A DNA stretch of 64,000 bases from Phoronis australis (lineage: Eukaryota > Animalia > Phoronida). This document shows, in pieces, positions 63,233 to 64,000 of this stretch. The position numbers and the translations under genes were made by a program. The notes below the pieces were generated by a model. It was not told the DNA's origin, did no database searches, and saw only the letters and a program-made list of their open reading frames with translations. Every line of letters starts with the position of its first letter. Position 1 is the first letter of the stretch. The stretch lies in assembly GCA_002633005.1 (NCBI GenBank), contig NMRA01000045.1, positions 437,627 to 501,626 on the forward strand, read 5' to 3'.

Positions 63233-64000
63233 GTAAGTAAACAGAACGTAACACTCGCGAGACGAACAAGGGTATTATTTTAATGCTATGGCAGGCTTCT
63301 TCAACGTATACGAGTTGCTCTCGACATGGAATTATCATAAGTAAGACGTTTTAAATCTTAAATATGAAAGAAAGTGCATATAACGTAGAATATTCTATAA
63401 GGTAAAAAAAGATAATTGGTTCTAGTCTGATTTTTTTGAAAATTGATGTTGTGATGCGGAGTACTTAGTTGCACCTATTTTCAAAAAAAACCCGCTTGAT
63501 ATCAGCTGAAATGGGCCGGCAGCGATACTCCTGTGAGGCGAAGGCTTCAATATGAGTCGACGAGTCGGGCGCAGACCGGGACCAGTTATACTAATTTTGG
63601 CCTACCTCAATCACGGAATGCATGAATCGAAATGATCATTTCACAACCACGGAACAACGGTGGATCTACGTACCGCTCGCCTTTGTCGACGAGGAGATTC
63701 ACAAGTCATGCCTCGTAAAAATTAAAAATAAAAAGACGCCGATGGCATACCTGTTGAAGCCCATCGCAACCGTTTACCCTTTCGATGGTGCAATCGGGGC
63801 TTTGCTTTGTGACATCATAACCCAACAGTATTCCGTCCTCGTTACACAGTATGGACAGATGAAGCGGTTCCGCCACATTTGTCCTTTATTGAGTGGCTTA
63901 AGCCTCCTCAACCCCTCCCCCTCATAGACCCACCATTGATAAAAAGCGATTGCACTATTTTTTAATTTCGACAGGCGCATGTACGAATTTGGGACAGTAA

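Noticed and set aside
63513-63590. HDV-like ribozyme starting GGCCGGC
   Set aside because: No complementary P1 3' strand or nested pseudoknot could be built.

Overview
AT-rich, intron-rich animal genomic DNA, probably a marine invertebrate (inference), with three N gaps (11381-12302, 42756-43006, 45119-46089). Three spliced genes could be rebuilt by hand: an alpha1-clade importin alpha (+, 12 coding exons 15001-26031, 532 aa, with alternative first exons), LRRC23 (-, 9 exons 39891-31410, 366 aa, one likely GC-AG intron), and the 5' part of a tandem-doublecortin EMAP/EML gene (DCX-EMAP-like, +, 49581 to beyond the window end). Its N-terminal exon carries six regularly spaced LC8/DYNLL-type motifs. 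The first 14 kb is repeat-rich. It holds a 267-bp tandem array, a decayed ISL2EU-type DNA transposon (3500-7028; AT TSD, TIRs, THAP and SAP/YqaJ pseudogenes) and tRNA-derived SINEs. It also holds a miniature LTR element whose 110-bp LTR contains a tRNA-type Pol III promoter and is followed by a tRNA-Ser primer-binding site and a hairpin-dense internal region (Helenus/Cassandra-like). Most ORFs in the supplied track are spurious. All calls are by eye; no database searches were run.
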